Origin: Chitinophagales bacterium | GTDB taxonomy: Bacteria; Bacteroidota; Bacteroidia; Chitinophagales; JABDMM01 | Assembly (NCBI GenBank): GCA_013001465.1 | Contig: JABDMM010000123.1 | Location: forward strand, 8,845 to 72,844 | Direction: 5' to 3' | Length of the DNA stretch: 64,000 nucleotides | Shown here: piece by piece, positions 46,840 through 56,600 of the stretch | How positions within the stretch are numbered: the stretch's first letter is position 1 | Layout: each line of letters starts with the position of its first letter | The notes under the pieces: model-generated | The model's input: the letters and a program-made list of their open reading frames with translations, nothing else | What the model was told of the DNA's origin: nothing | Database searches by the model: none | Translations under genes and position numbers: made by a program

Positions 46840-48582
46840 TTAATCTTCCACCCTGCCAACATAAAACTCAAATGTTTTCTCACTCTTGTTGCCGAGTTTA
46901 TCCGTGGCAACCACCCGAACTTCATACTTCTTACGTTGCCTGAATTTGCTTAACTCCGAAATATCTAATGTTTGAGGAGAAGAATAATCGGTAAGAGCAG
47001 ATCCATCTATCGAGTATTGAAGGCGGTCTGTTCCTACCTTCTTGTCCGTTGCTCCAACGTACATTCTAACATAATTTGGATAGACTTTTAAATTGCCCTT
47101 ACTGCCTATAGGATCTATCGAGAAGTTTACAAAAATGTTTGGTGGTGTATTGTCGACGGTAATTCTGCTTGTCTTTGCGCTTTCCTGATTATTTACATTA
47201 TCTGTTGCATAGAACTTTACAGTATGCGGGCCTTCACCGGGTATCGTAAAAATATTGTACTCGGAAAAGTTGCTGTTGTCTATGGCATATACTAAAGACT
47301 GAACTCCGGCATGAACATCACGTGATCGTAACGTGACCGAAGTTGAGCTGGTGATAAACAATGTATCTCTGTGAAAGAATTGTGGGTTGCCGTAAAATAT
47401 TCCCGTTTCAGGTGCCAGATTATCTAAATAGACATTCAGATATTTATTAGGAGATAAATTCTCCACGTTATCTGTGGCGTCGTACTTAATGCTGTGCTTG
47501 CCTAAAGCATTGGGGAAATAGAAATTATTAGCATAGTCAAAACGCTCGCCTCCATCGATTCTGTAATAGATCTTGTGAACTCCGGCTTTGTTATCTGTAG
47601 CCGATAATCCTACCTGAGTACGTGAAGAAACATAGAGGTAGTTGCTGGTTTGATGTTGGTCTCCGATAACTTCAGAAATAACCGAAGGTGGAATTTTGTC
47701 CAGATAAAATTTAAATGACTGTTGCCCCGCCTCATTTCTGACGTTGTCGACAGAATAGTAATAAAGTGTATGATCCCCATCGACGAGGCTGCTAACACCT
47801 ATCGTAGGAGTATAACCTCTTGAGCTGTTATCATCAAAAGAATAATGCACTGATCTTACACCAGATAGATTATCTGTAGTAGTGATCCTAAAGCGAGTGC
47901 TTGGCGCAATGATGTTCCCATTATGCACGATGCCTTCAATGGCGTGGCTCGATTGTGGTGAGTTAAGATCAACGGTATAATTAACTGGATTGGTTCTCTC
48001 GGCGTTTCCAACCTTATCAGCAGAAAAGAAATACAAATTATTAACGCCCTCTTTAGAAGACTGAAATGGAGAAGAGTACTTTTGATATGCTCCATTTAAT
48101 GCATACTGTGTTTCGCTAACTCCAGATACCGCATCTGAGGCAGAAAGAGTGATATTAAGTCCGGGGCCATAGTAGGTCGTGCCGCCGCTGGTATATCTGC
48201 TGGCACCATCAAATCTAACTGAAGTTAAAGGAGACTTACCATCAGCATAAATTTCCATTTCCACCTCTCTTGGCGGGTAGACCGAATTGCCCGTAGCAGG
48301 GTCAACTGCCCACTTACTTCGTATCAAATTCTGACCCTCAGTATCGAGGTACATAGGATTTGCGTCCGATGGATGAGATGCACTTTTTAATGGATAATTC
48401 TTTCCGTCCGGGGTAACAGAAAACTTTAAATAAACCGGTAACGATTTCTGTATATAGTATCTTCCGTTTTCCTCAATAACCTTGTTTTCATATGTTGGCT
48501 TTGCAGGTTCTTGTGAAATACTGTCAAAAGAAAGTACGCTTATAATAAGTACAAGAACCACGGATTTTGAGTTAACTCTCAT
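46840..48582 (-). CDS. secreted protein with five tandem ~90-aa Ig-like repeats
   Basis: 580 aa with a signal peptide. Each repeat contains D..SGV..(i)Y..dg and ends in (A/S)xD(N/K)xxN.(E/S). Examples: SADKVGNAE, SVDNVRNEA, ATDNVENLS, ATDNVNNQE, ATDKLGNKS. Confidence 0.6.
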   Translation of the reverse strand: MRVNSKSVVLVLIISVLSFDSISQEPAKPTYENKVIEENGRYYIQKSLPVYLKFSVTPDGKNYPLKSASHPSDANPMYLDTEGQNLIRSKWAVDPATGNSVYPPREVEMEIYADGKSPLTSVRFDGASRYTSGGTTYYGPGLNITLSASDAVSGVSETQYALNGAYQKYSSPFQSSKEGVNNLYFFSADKVGNAERTNPVNYTVDLNSPQSSHAIEGIVHNGNIIAPSTRFRITTTDNLSGVRSVHYSFDDNSSRGYTPTIGVSSLVDGDHTLYYYSVDNVRNEAGQQSFKFYLDKIPPSVISEVIGDQHQTSNYLYVSSRTQVGLSATDNKAGVHKIYYRIDGGERFDYANNFYFPNALGKHSIKYDATDNVENLSPNKYLNVYLDNLAPETGIFYGNPQFFHRDTLFITSSTSVTLRSRDVHAGVQSLVYAIDNSNFSEYNIFTIPGEGPHTVKFYATDNVNNQESAKTSRITVDNTPPNIFVNFSIDPIGSKGNLKVYPNYVRMYVGATDKKVGTDRLQYSIDGSALTDYSSPQTLDISELSKFRQRKKYEVRVVATDKLGNKSEKTFEFYVGRVED

Positions 48583-48784
48583 GTTTAGGAGATTTTGTCT
48601 GCGTTAAAAGTAATAAATTATTGTTATTTGCTCTCCTATTCTAGTACGTAGGAATCCCATGCCCGGTTTTAGTTTTAGCACTTCATTATCAGAGTAATAA
48701 ACCGACACGACAAAAAGTAATATCTCGTTTATGTATCATTTCAACATATAAAAACGTAATATATGAAATAGAAATAATATAATT

Positions 48785-49789
48785 ATGAGAACTGCAGTAA
48801 TAATTTGCCTATTAGCCATCATAAGTTTAACAGTAACAGGCGCCGATATCACGTTCAATGTTTTATATCCCGCCGCTGTACAAGTAGATCAAAAGATCAA
48901 GAAAATTGCCCTTATCGACAGATCGCTATCGTCAGATAAGAAATCCAATATTATAGAAGGGATATTAACAGGAGAGGGTATTGGACAAGATAAATTGTCT
49001 TCTCAGATCGCACTCGATGGCATGATGTCCATTTTGCAGTCTTCTGCAAGGTATGAAGTGATCAGAACTCCGGAGGTGATGAAAACAAATGCATCCGGTG
49101 GACAGTTACCTGAGCCTTTGTCATGGCAAGAGATCGTTCGCTTATGTTCTAAGTATAGAGTCGATGCTATCGTAAGTCTCGAGACATTTGATTCAGACTA
49201 TATTATTACCCCTGCAAAGAAAATAGGGGAGAGTGGTTTTTCAGCTAAGGGTTCTGCGGTGATTCATCTTGGTTTCAGAATGTACAATCCGAAGAACAAA
49301 TCTATTGCCGATCAGCTTTATTATGATCACAGAATGAACTGGAGCGCGACGAAACCATCAATAACAGAAGCGGCAGGAGCTCTGATAGATAAGAATAGCG
49401 CGATAAAAGAAGTAAGTTATGCTGCAGGTTGTAAATATGCCAGAAGAATCTCTCCTTCATATTATAAGGTGACTCGAGAGTACTTTAAAAGAGGAAAAAA
49501 GGATGATGATCTTGCTGAAGGAGCGAGAATGATGGAAGCAAACGACTGGAAACAGGCGATAACTGCCTTGGAAAGAAGTATCCTCAATGGGCACAAAAAA
49601 AGTAAAGGTAAAGCTGCTCACAACCTTGCTGTAGTTTATGAAATTATTGGAGATCTGGAAAGATCCAAAAAGTATGCAACTATGGCTTGGGGAAAGTACA
49701 AAAACAAGCCCTCCAAAGACTATGCATACCAAATCACCAAAAGAATGAATCAACAATTCGTTCTCGATGAACAGTTAGGTATGCGATGA
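48785..49789 (+). CDS. secreted/lipoprotein-like protein with C-terminal TPR-like helices
   Basis: 334 aa with a signal peptide. C-terminal AHNLAVVYEIIGDLERSKKYA is a TPR-like segment. Confidence 0.5.
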   Translation: MRTAVIICLLAIISLTVTGADITFNVLYPAAVQVDQKIKKIALIDRSLSSDKKSNIIEGILTGEGIGQDKLSSQIALDGMMSILQSSARYEVIRTPEVMKTNASGGQLPEPLSWQEIVRLCSKYRVDAIVSLETFDSDYIITPAKKIGESGFSAKGSAVIHLGFRMYNPKNKSIADQLYYDHRMNWSATKPSITEAAGALIDKNSAIKEVSYAAGCKYARRISPSYYKVTREYFKRGKKDDDLAEGARMMEANDWKQAITALERSILNGHKKSKGKAAHNLAVVYEIIGDLERSKKYATMAWGKYKNKPSKDYAYQITKRMNQQFVLDEQLGMR

Positions 49790-50179
49790 TCAACTGTAAT
49801 ATCTGATCTGTAGTGTTTTTTGCCTGATATTTACAGCTCTGACTGAATAGATGATCAGGTAGATCAACGAAACTGTCATTAGTACAATGCTGAGAAGAAG
49901 AATCCAAAACTCAGGAGAAACTAAATGAAAGTGATGATCAGATCTTGTGCTGGCAATGATTCCTGATAGAACAAGAAACAGGGCACTGAAATAAAATCCA
50001 ACCATCGCAAGGCTGAGTCGGAGAAGTTGCTTTAACTTAAGGTCGATGATATGCTTGAATGTTTCCATTTCTTTCTCAAGCTCTTTGATCTCGCTATTAA
50101 GCGCTATAAGCATATTAGATGTAGAGATCAATAACAATGCTATACCGGGAAGTATCGTGATCGGTACATACCATTCCAT
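49790..50179 (-). CDS. small membrane protein (DUF2721-like)
   Basis: 129 aa. N-terminal TM helix, coiled segment, then two C-terminal TM helices. The family call is from memory. Confidence 0.45.
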   Translation of the reverse strand: MEWYVPITILPGIALLLISTSNMLIALNSEIKELEKEMETFKHIIDLKLKQLLRLSLAMVGFYFSALFLVLSGIIASTRSDHHFHLVSPEFWILLLSIVLMTVSLIYLIIYSVRAVNIRQKTLQIRYYS

Positions 50180-50204
50180 TTTTATATTGCTTTTGTTCTT
50201 TTCA

Positions 50205-53200
50205 TTAATTCGATGCTACCTTCTTATCCGCAGGTAAAATACGAATAAGTTGTATGAAATCATTGTTGTTTCCGGCAATCAGATAGCGCTCTCCATCAAT
50301 TTCTATTTTTTCCATCGACTTTAAGTCCTTATCAAGATAAAGCCCGGATTCGTAGACCTCTAGTGCCTCCCATTCTCTGTTCCCTTTGTTTAAAACTATT
50401 CTGCCTGTACCTGCATCCGCTCTGCCAGTCTCAATCTCGGCCTGGTAATGGTTTCCTGCAGTGATAATATCGGTTTTGCCATCATTGTCGACATCCAAAA
50501 TTACAATACCATTGATTGGTGATGTCTGACATTCAATTGGTAGTGTCTTTGCTTCAAAACCTTCCGCACTTCCGTAATAAATTGTAGATGCAAATTGATT
50601 CACAGTAAGGTGCAATGCGTCGTTTAATGATTCCCCATATACATCTCCTATCTCCGAGATAGCATACTCATGATAACTTGGAAACTTCTTTTTGATCTCA
50701 GGAAGTTGTTCTGATGAACATGACCTTCCTCTGACCGGGTAAACTTCATCTCCATAATAAGCTCCTAAGACAATGTCAAAAGTTCCGTTTTGATCGATGT
50801 CTTTCGCGTATACCTGAAAAGGTTTTTCATCGCTGGCTTTGTATTTATAGTTATAGCCCAGGTTCCCAGTGAGAAGGTCGGTATAACCATCGTTATCTAT
50901 ATCGGCAACTTTGATGCAGTTCCACCAACCTTTTTGTGGTGTCTTGAAAAACTCATCTGTCTTTTCAACAAGCTTACCTTCGGATTGAACAAACACAGAA
51001 ATCGGCATCCATTCTCCAACAACGATCAGATCTAACTTTTCATCTCGATTTACATCTGTCCAGACCGCATCTTGCACCATTCCAATATTTTCCAGATCAG
51101 CACATATAGTGGCTGTCTCATCGGAAAAGATACCTCTGCCGTTATTGATGAGTAAACTGCTTCTTCCAGGCATTGGATAGCTTTTGGGGTGAAGTCGGCC
51201 TCCCAGGAAAAGATCCATGTCGCCATCACCATCGAAATCAGCTGCTTTTACACATGAACTGCTGTATCTTAAATTTGGAAGAGAAGTTGAAGAACGTATA
51301 AAGTTTCCTTTTCCATCGTTCAAGTATAATCGAGGCTGATATTGCGGACTGCCAATTGGGTATTCATAGCCGGCACTACTTACAAACAGATCCTGATCGC
51401 CGTCATTATCAGCATCGAAAAATGTCGCTTTCCCATCCTCAAAGCCACTGTCTTTCTGAAACAACGTCGTATTGCTTTTTATAAATTTACCGTTAACCTG
51501 TTTGTATAAAACCGAAGGCATTCCTTCAGCCGATCCGATGAAGAGATCACTTTCTCCATTATTATCAATGTCTGCGACCTGAATATTTGGTCCTTGTTCA
51601 GACATTTTGTGCGGAAGCAATATCTGATCTTTGTAGTCATCATACTTATTCTCGACATGCTTGTGTTCTAATCCAAAAGATGATGCATTGACCTCTTCAA
51701 CAATATGTTCGTTTTCTGGTTTTACAAATGACTCGGAGGCATCTTCGTAATCTACGGTGATCAGTTGATCTGCCTTAACGTTTTCCATACTCAACATCTT
51801 TCCGTCAAGCCAAACAACTTTTACTTTGTCTACAGTTTGTTGCTCGCCAAGTCCGAAATGAATAAATGGCTCACAACTCGCCTGATAACCTCTTGTTGTG
51901 ATGAATTCGCGGTACTGTATTTCGTCATTCGACTCTAGAATCACCTTTGCTCCTGCATTTACAACTCCTTTATTGGTCTTGAATCCAATTCTCAGGTAAT
52001 GATTCTCAGCTGATGTTTTGTTTTCATATATCGTTGATGGTTCTCCTAAATTATTTACTACAAGGTCGAGGTCCCCATCGTTATCCAGATCACCATAGGC
52101 AGCTCCGGTCGAAATGGTTTTTTTATCCATTCCGCTAATAAGTGAAAGATTAGTAAAAGTGAGATCTCCGTTATTTTTAAAAATGTAATTGTGAACCTTC
52201 GGTTGCGCGCAGCTTCTGGCATATTCTGATGCGATTTGATTTTTCTTTACCATGTCAGGCCCTAATGTTAGCATTACCGAATCAAACTTCTTGTAAGAGT
52301 CCTGATTATAAATATCTCGATAGTAACCATTCGATACGAAAACATCCTGCCAGCTGTCGTTATCCAAATCCATGAACAGGGGTGACCAACTCCAATCTGT
52401 TTTATGGATTTCTGCAAGTTGCGCTATGTCGCTAAATGTTGAATTTCCATTATTGAGATGTAGAAAATTACGCATCTGGTAATAATTGACGTCGTACTCT
52501 TCGATCAAAAGTTGAAACCTGTCGACGGACTGCATACTCATAGATATCTTTTCCCTATAATGATCTTCACTTAGCATTTCAGCTACCATTAGATCTGGAT
52601 AGATATCATGATTTACATCACCGGCATCTATTCCCATCGAACTTCTGCTAACTTGCTTTACTGCGTGATCTGTTATATCGGTGAATGTCCCATCACCATT
52701 ATTGACAAGAGCAATATCCGGTTCATCATGATCTACTGCAAAGTAAATATCAGGATAGCCGTCCAGGTTGAAGTCAGTGGTTACCAGACCTAAAGTAAAA
52801 CTGTATGTGAGCAAACCGGCTTCCTTAGTTACATCTTTAAATTTACCACCATCATTCTTAAAAAGTCTGTTACTGAATTGTAATATCGGATTTTGCCAGT
52901 AATTGTATACCATTTGAAATGGTAACAATCGATATTGAGGGTGATTGGCTACAACAAGATCTAGATCGCCGTCGAGATCGTAGTCAAAAAATGCAGCAGT
53001 AATACTATAGTTTCCGTCATCAATGCCATATTCTGCAGCTTTTTCTGTGAAAGTCCCGTTTTTATTATTGATATACAGAAGATTACTTCGGTCCTCCATT
53101 TTGTCATGGTATGATCTGCAAATATAAATATCTAGCCAACCATCAGAATTGATGTCTACCATTACCGGTGTGGTCGACCATCCATTCACTAATACACCTG

Positions 53201-53534
53201 CACTCTTACTCACATCTTCAAATTTCCAATTTCCTTTATTCATGAATAAGCGTGAAGAGCGCATGTTTCCTGTGACATAAATATCCTGCAAGCCGTCATT
53301 GTTAACATCTCCGATAGCTACCCCTCCGCCATTGTAAGCATTGATATAATTGAAGGGGTTTTTTAGAATACTTTCATCCAGAATATTGTCAAATTTAAAA
53401 CCACACTTTTCAGGATCATGAGCTACTAGTTTTGACTTGAATTTATCATTCTGAAATGATGGAGATTCTAAGTCTTTCTGGCAAGAACACAAGCATATCA
53501 CTGTTAAAATGATTATAGTCTCTTTGAGTCTCAT
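50205..53534 (-). CDS. CRTAC1-family VCBS/FG-GAP repeat lipoprotein with ASPIC/UnbV domains
   Basis: 1109 aa. Lipobox LCSC. Many D.(N/D).DG..D(I/L)(Y/F/V)v repeats. UnbV/ASPIC-like block GAKVILESNDEIQYREFITTRGYQASCEPFIHFGLG. Confidence 0.8.
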   Translation of the reverse strand: MRLKETIIILTVICLCSCQKDLESPSFQNDKFKSKLVAHDPEKCGFKFDNILDESILKNPFNYINAYNGGGVAIGDVNNDGLQDIYVTGNMRSSRLFMNKGNWKFEDVSKSAGVLVNGWSTTPVMVDINSDGWLDIYICRSYHDKMEDRSNLLYINNKNGTFTEKAAEYGIDDGNYSITAAFFDYDLDGDLDLVVANHPQYRLLPFQMVYNYWQNPILQFSNRLFKNDGGKFKDVTKEAGLLTYSFTLGLVTTDFNLDGYPDIYFAVDHDEPDIALVNNGDGTFTDITDHAVKQVSRSSMGIDAGDVNHDIYPDLMVAEMLSEDHYREKISMSMQSVDRFQLLIEEYDVNYYQMRNFLHLNNGNSTFSDIAQLAEIHKTDWSWSPLFMDLDNDSWQDVFVSNGYYRDIYNQDSYKKFDSVMLTLGPDMVKKNQIASEYARSCAQPKVHNYIFKNNGDLTFTNLSLISGMDKKTISTGAAYGDLDNDGDLDLVVNNLGEPSTIYENKTSAENHYLRIGFKTNKGVVNAGAKVILESNDEIQYREFITTRGYQASCEPFIHFGLGEQQTVDKVKVVWLDGKMLSMENVKADQLITVDYEDASESFVKPENEHIVEEVNASSFGLEHKHVENKYDDYKDQILLPHKMSEQGPNIQVADIDNNGESDLFIGSAEGMPSVLYKQVNGKFIKSNTTLFQKDSGFEDGKATFFDADNDGDQDLFVSSAGYEYPIGSPQYQPRLYLNDGKGNFIRSSTSLPNLRYSSSCVKAADFDGDGDMDLFLGGRLHPKSYPMPGRSSLLINNGRGIFSDETATICADLENIGMVQDAVWTDVNRDEKLDLIVVGEWMPISVFVQSEGKLVEKTDEFFKTPQKGWWNCIKVADIDNDGYTDLLTGNLGYNYKYKASDEKPFQVYAKDIDQNGTFDIVLGAYYGDEVYPVRGRSCSSEQLPEIKKKFPSYHEYAISEIGDVYGESLNDALHLTVNQFASTIYYGSAEGFEAKTLPIECQTSPINGIVILDVDNDGKTDIITAGNHYQAEIETGRADAGTGRIVLNKGNREWEALEVYESGLYLDKDLKSMEKIEIDGERYLIAGNNNDFIQLIRILPADKKVASN

Positions 53535-53585
53535 AGGTCAAATTTTAATGCAACAAATACAAATATCAGAATAATACCTTAGGGT

Positions 53586-53623
53586 AAAAAAAAAAGCAGC
53601 TATGAAAACATAGCTGCCTTTTT
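53586..53623 (-). terminator. rho-independent (bidirectional-looking) terminator after the giant SprB-repeat gene
   Basis: Perfect 9-bp stem GCAGCTATG (53596-53604) / CATAGCTGC (53609-53617) with loop AAAA. Flanked by A10 upstream and CTTTTT downstream, so each strand sees a T-run. Confidence 0.7.
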
Positions 53624-53640
53624 ACTAGGTATTGAAACCT

Positions 53641-56600
53641 TTATTTAGAGATGATCAAGCGACCCCAGTCCTGGACTGCGCCGTTTGACGTAATTCTATA
53701 AACATAAACACCTTCTGACAGATTTCCTCTCTCGATCACGACATTGTATTCAAGTCCGCTTTCGATCGATTGATCCATTAGTTTCTGTACAACCTTGCCA
53801 TTAATGTCGAATAGTTCAACATTGATATCCATATCCTCATCAGACGTCACAACTAAGTTAGCCTGAGTACTGAATGGGTTAGGATAAACGTTGACTTCAA
53901 GATTGCTAGAATGATCAACTGTAGTAGAGCTTATAGTCTTAGCGCCAGCGCCAGGCTTACAAGAATCTGCAACAGTGACTTTCAATGAATTGCTACATCC
54001 TTTACTGTTAGTAACAGTAACTGTGTAAGAACCCGGGCAAACTGCTGTTAGGATCGATCCTGTGATCTTGTTATCCCAAACATAAGTGAATCCACTTCCA
54101 CCGCTTAATGCCGCTACAGTAGCAACACCATTACATTGTGGTGAGCAAATTGTTGCTGGATTAGATCCACCAACCAATAGGATATTAGCAGGCTCATACA
54201 AGTTAACAGCATCTGTATAAGTACAACCAGACTGATCAGTAATAGTAACTGAATAGTGGTTTGCTTGCAGACCTTTTACTACTGGGGTAGTTGCACCACC
54301 AGTGTTTGGAGACCATTGGAACGTGTATGGAGCTGTTCCACCATGAACTTTTGAAACTCCAACTGTACCGTCATTGAGACCGAAACAGCTTACGCTATCT
54401 GTGAACAATGTAGCAGACAATGGAGCTGGCTCAAGGATCTCGAACGTATCGCTGGCAGCACAACCATCAGCATCTGTTATAGTTATGGAGTAAGTTCCTG
54501 CAGCCAATCCAGTTAGCGTACTTGTAGTAGAACCATAGTTAGACCATAGATACTTAATTCCGCCTTTGCTGTTGTTTATAACTATCGCTTTAGCAGAACC
54601 ATCCTGAAGACCGTGACAGCTAACATCAGTTGGGTCAACTTCCACTTTCAGAGGTGGATTCTGTTTGATCTGAACCTTCACAACCTGAATACATTTTGTT
54701 GCTACAAGAGTACCAGAGTTAGTTGCTTTGACAGTTCCTTTATCAGTTACAGTTACGTGGTAGAATCCTGCAGCAAGTCCAGTCGCTTTAGAAGTAGTCT
54801 GACCTTGAGGATCATCCCACTTGAAAGAATAAGGACCACCGTTACCACCAGCACTGCTGGTTTTAGGTGCGGAAGGCTTACCATATTTCAAGATAATCTC
54901 TCCAGTACCTGTAGATGTACCTGTACAAAGGACTTTTGTCGTAATAACATCATCTATCTGGATTGTATCAGGTTCTTCAATATTGATAAAGGTATCAGCA
55001 GGACACTTATTAGCATCGACAACACTTACCTGATATTTACCAGGAGCTAATGAAGTGATCAAGTTTGGACTTGATATCTGCGTACCACCACTCCACCAGT
55101 AAATGAACGGAGGAGTTCCACCAAGAGCTTGTGCAAATGCCGCCCCATCATGAGCACCATAACAACTTACATCTGCCTTGAGAGCATGCCATTTGATTTT
55201 CTTTGGCTGTGTAATAATTGTTGGTGTGTTAGGTGACAATGTACATCCATTCTGATCTGTCACAGTTACCTTGTATTTACCAGCGCCTAAACCTTTAACA
55301 ATAGGTCCGGAATCTCCAGAAGACCAGTCAAAAGTATATGGAGCTTTACCACCAGCAACACTAGTGATCAACAACTCTCCGTCGCTTCCATCATAACAGC
55401 TAACGGGGTTAGATGATGTAGTTACAGACATTGGAGCTGGTTCAGTAAGCGTAATGCTAATTGAATTAGAACATCCATTTTCATCTATAACTGTTACAGT
55501 ATATGTACCAGCGGCTACACCACTAATTGTTTGACCAGGAACTGCAAAATTAGACCAGATGTATTTCAATGGACCTTTATTGCCGGTAACAGTTACAGTT
55601 GCCTCTCCATCTTGTCCACCATTACACGTAATATCCTTTCCAGTAATCGATAACTGAAGATTATTTTGTATGATCTTTATACTATCCACTGTATGGCATA
55701 ATACGTGTGTGATATTTCCAAGATCATCAACGCTTTGTGCACCCTTATCAAAAACGGTTACATAATACCAACCTGCAGCAAGACCGGTTGCAGTAGAGGT
55801 AGTTTGCGCCGCTGGATCACTCCACAAGTATGAATAAGGAGGAGTTTTAAACGGAGCAGGGTTCCCACCTGTAACTTTGCTTACACTGGCTTCACCATCA
55901 GCAAAACCGAAACAACTTGCTTTCAACATATCAATATTAAAGTCGATTCTCTTAGGATCTTTGATCTTGATCGTAGTATCTGTAGTACATTTGTTTGCAT
56001 CTGTTATAGAGACAGTATAGTAACCTGCTTTAAGAGATGTTACCAAACTAGGTTTTACCATTTGAGTACCACCGGACCACCAGTATAGGTAAGGAGGTGT
56101 TCCACCTTTAGGATTAAGATTGATCGCACCATCCTTTGAGTCATGACAACTTGCATTGTATACATCAGGATTGAAGTAGATCTTTCCAGGCTCACTCACG
56201 ATCACAGGAATATTACTTGTAACAGTACAACCTAGCTGGTCTGTAACAGTTACTTTGTATTTACCTGCTGAAACGTTTTTGTGATGAGCTCCCATTCCCG
56301 GACCACCGCTTGGTTGGGGTTGGCTACCACCAAAACTAAAACCAGACCAATAGAAAGTATATGGTGATTTACCACCAGTTACCTGATCTACATGAAGTTC
56401 ACCGTCATTATAACTATAACAACTTGCATCCACTGAACTAGTAACATAGTTAATAGCAGGATTTTCGTTGATAGTAAATGTAAGAGACTCAGAGCAACCG
56501 TTTACATCCGTTACGGTAACTCCGTAGTTACCTGCTTTAAGGTTACTAACTGTATTCGTTATTGAACCAAAGTTAGACCAGATGTATTTGAATGGACCAT

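Noticed and set aside
54613-55050. 145-aa antisense ORF inside the SprB-repeat gene. Similar antisense ORFs occur at 44343-44744, 21171-21506, 29826-30176, 3189-3506 and 11336-11677.
   Set aside because: All lie within longer ORFs that have clear domain signatures. Their reading frames are kept open by the codon bias and repeats of the real gene. None has a motif, signal peptide or plausible start context.
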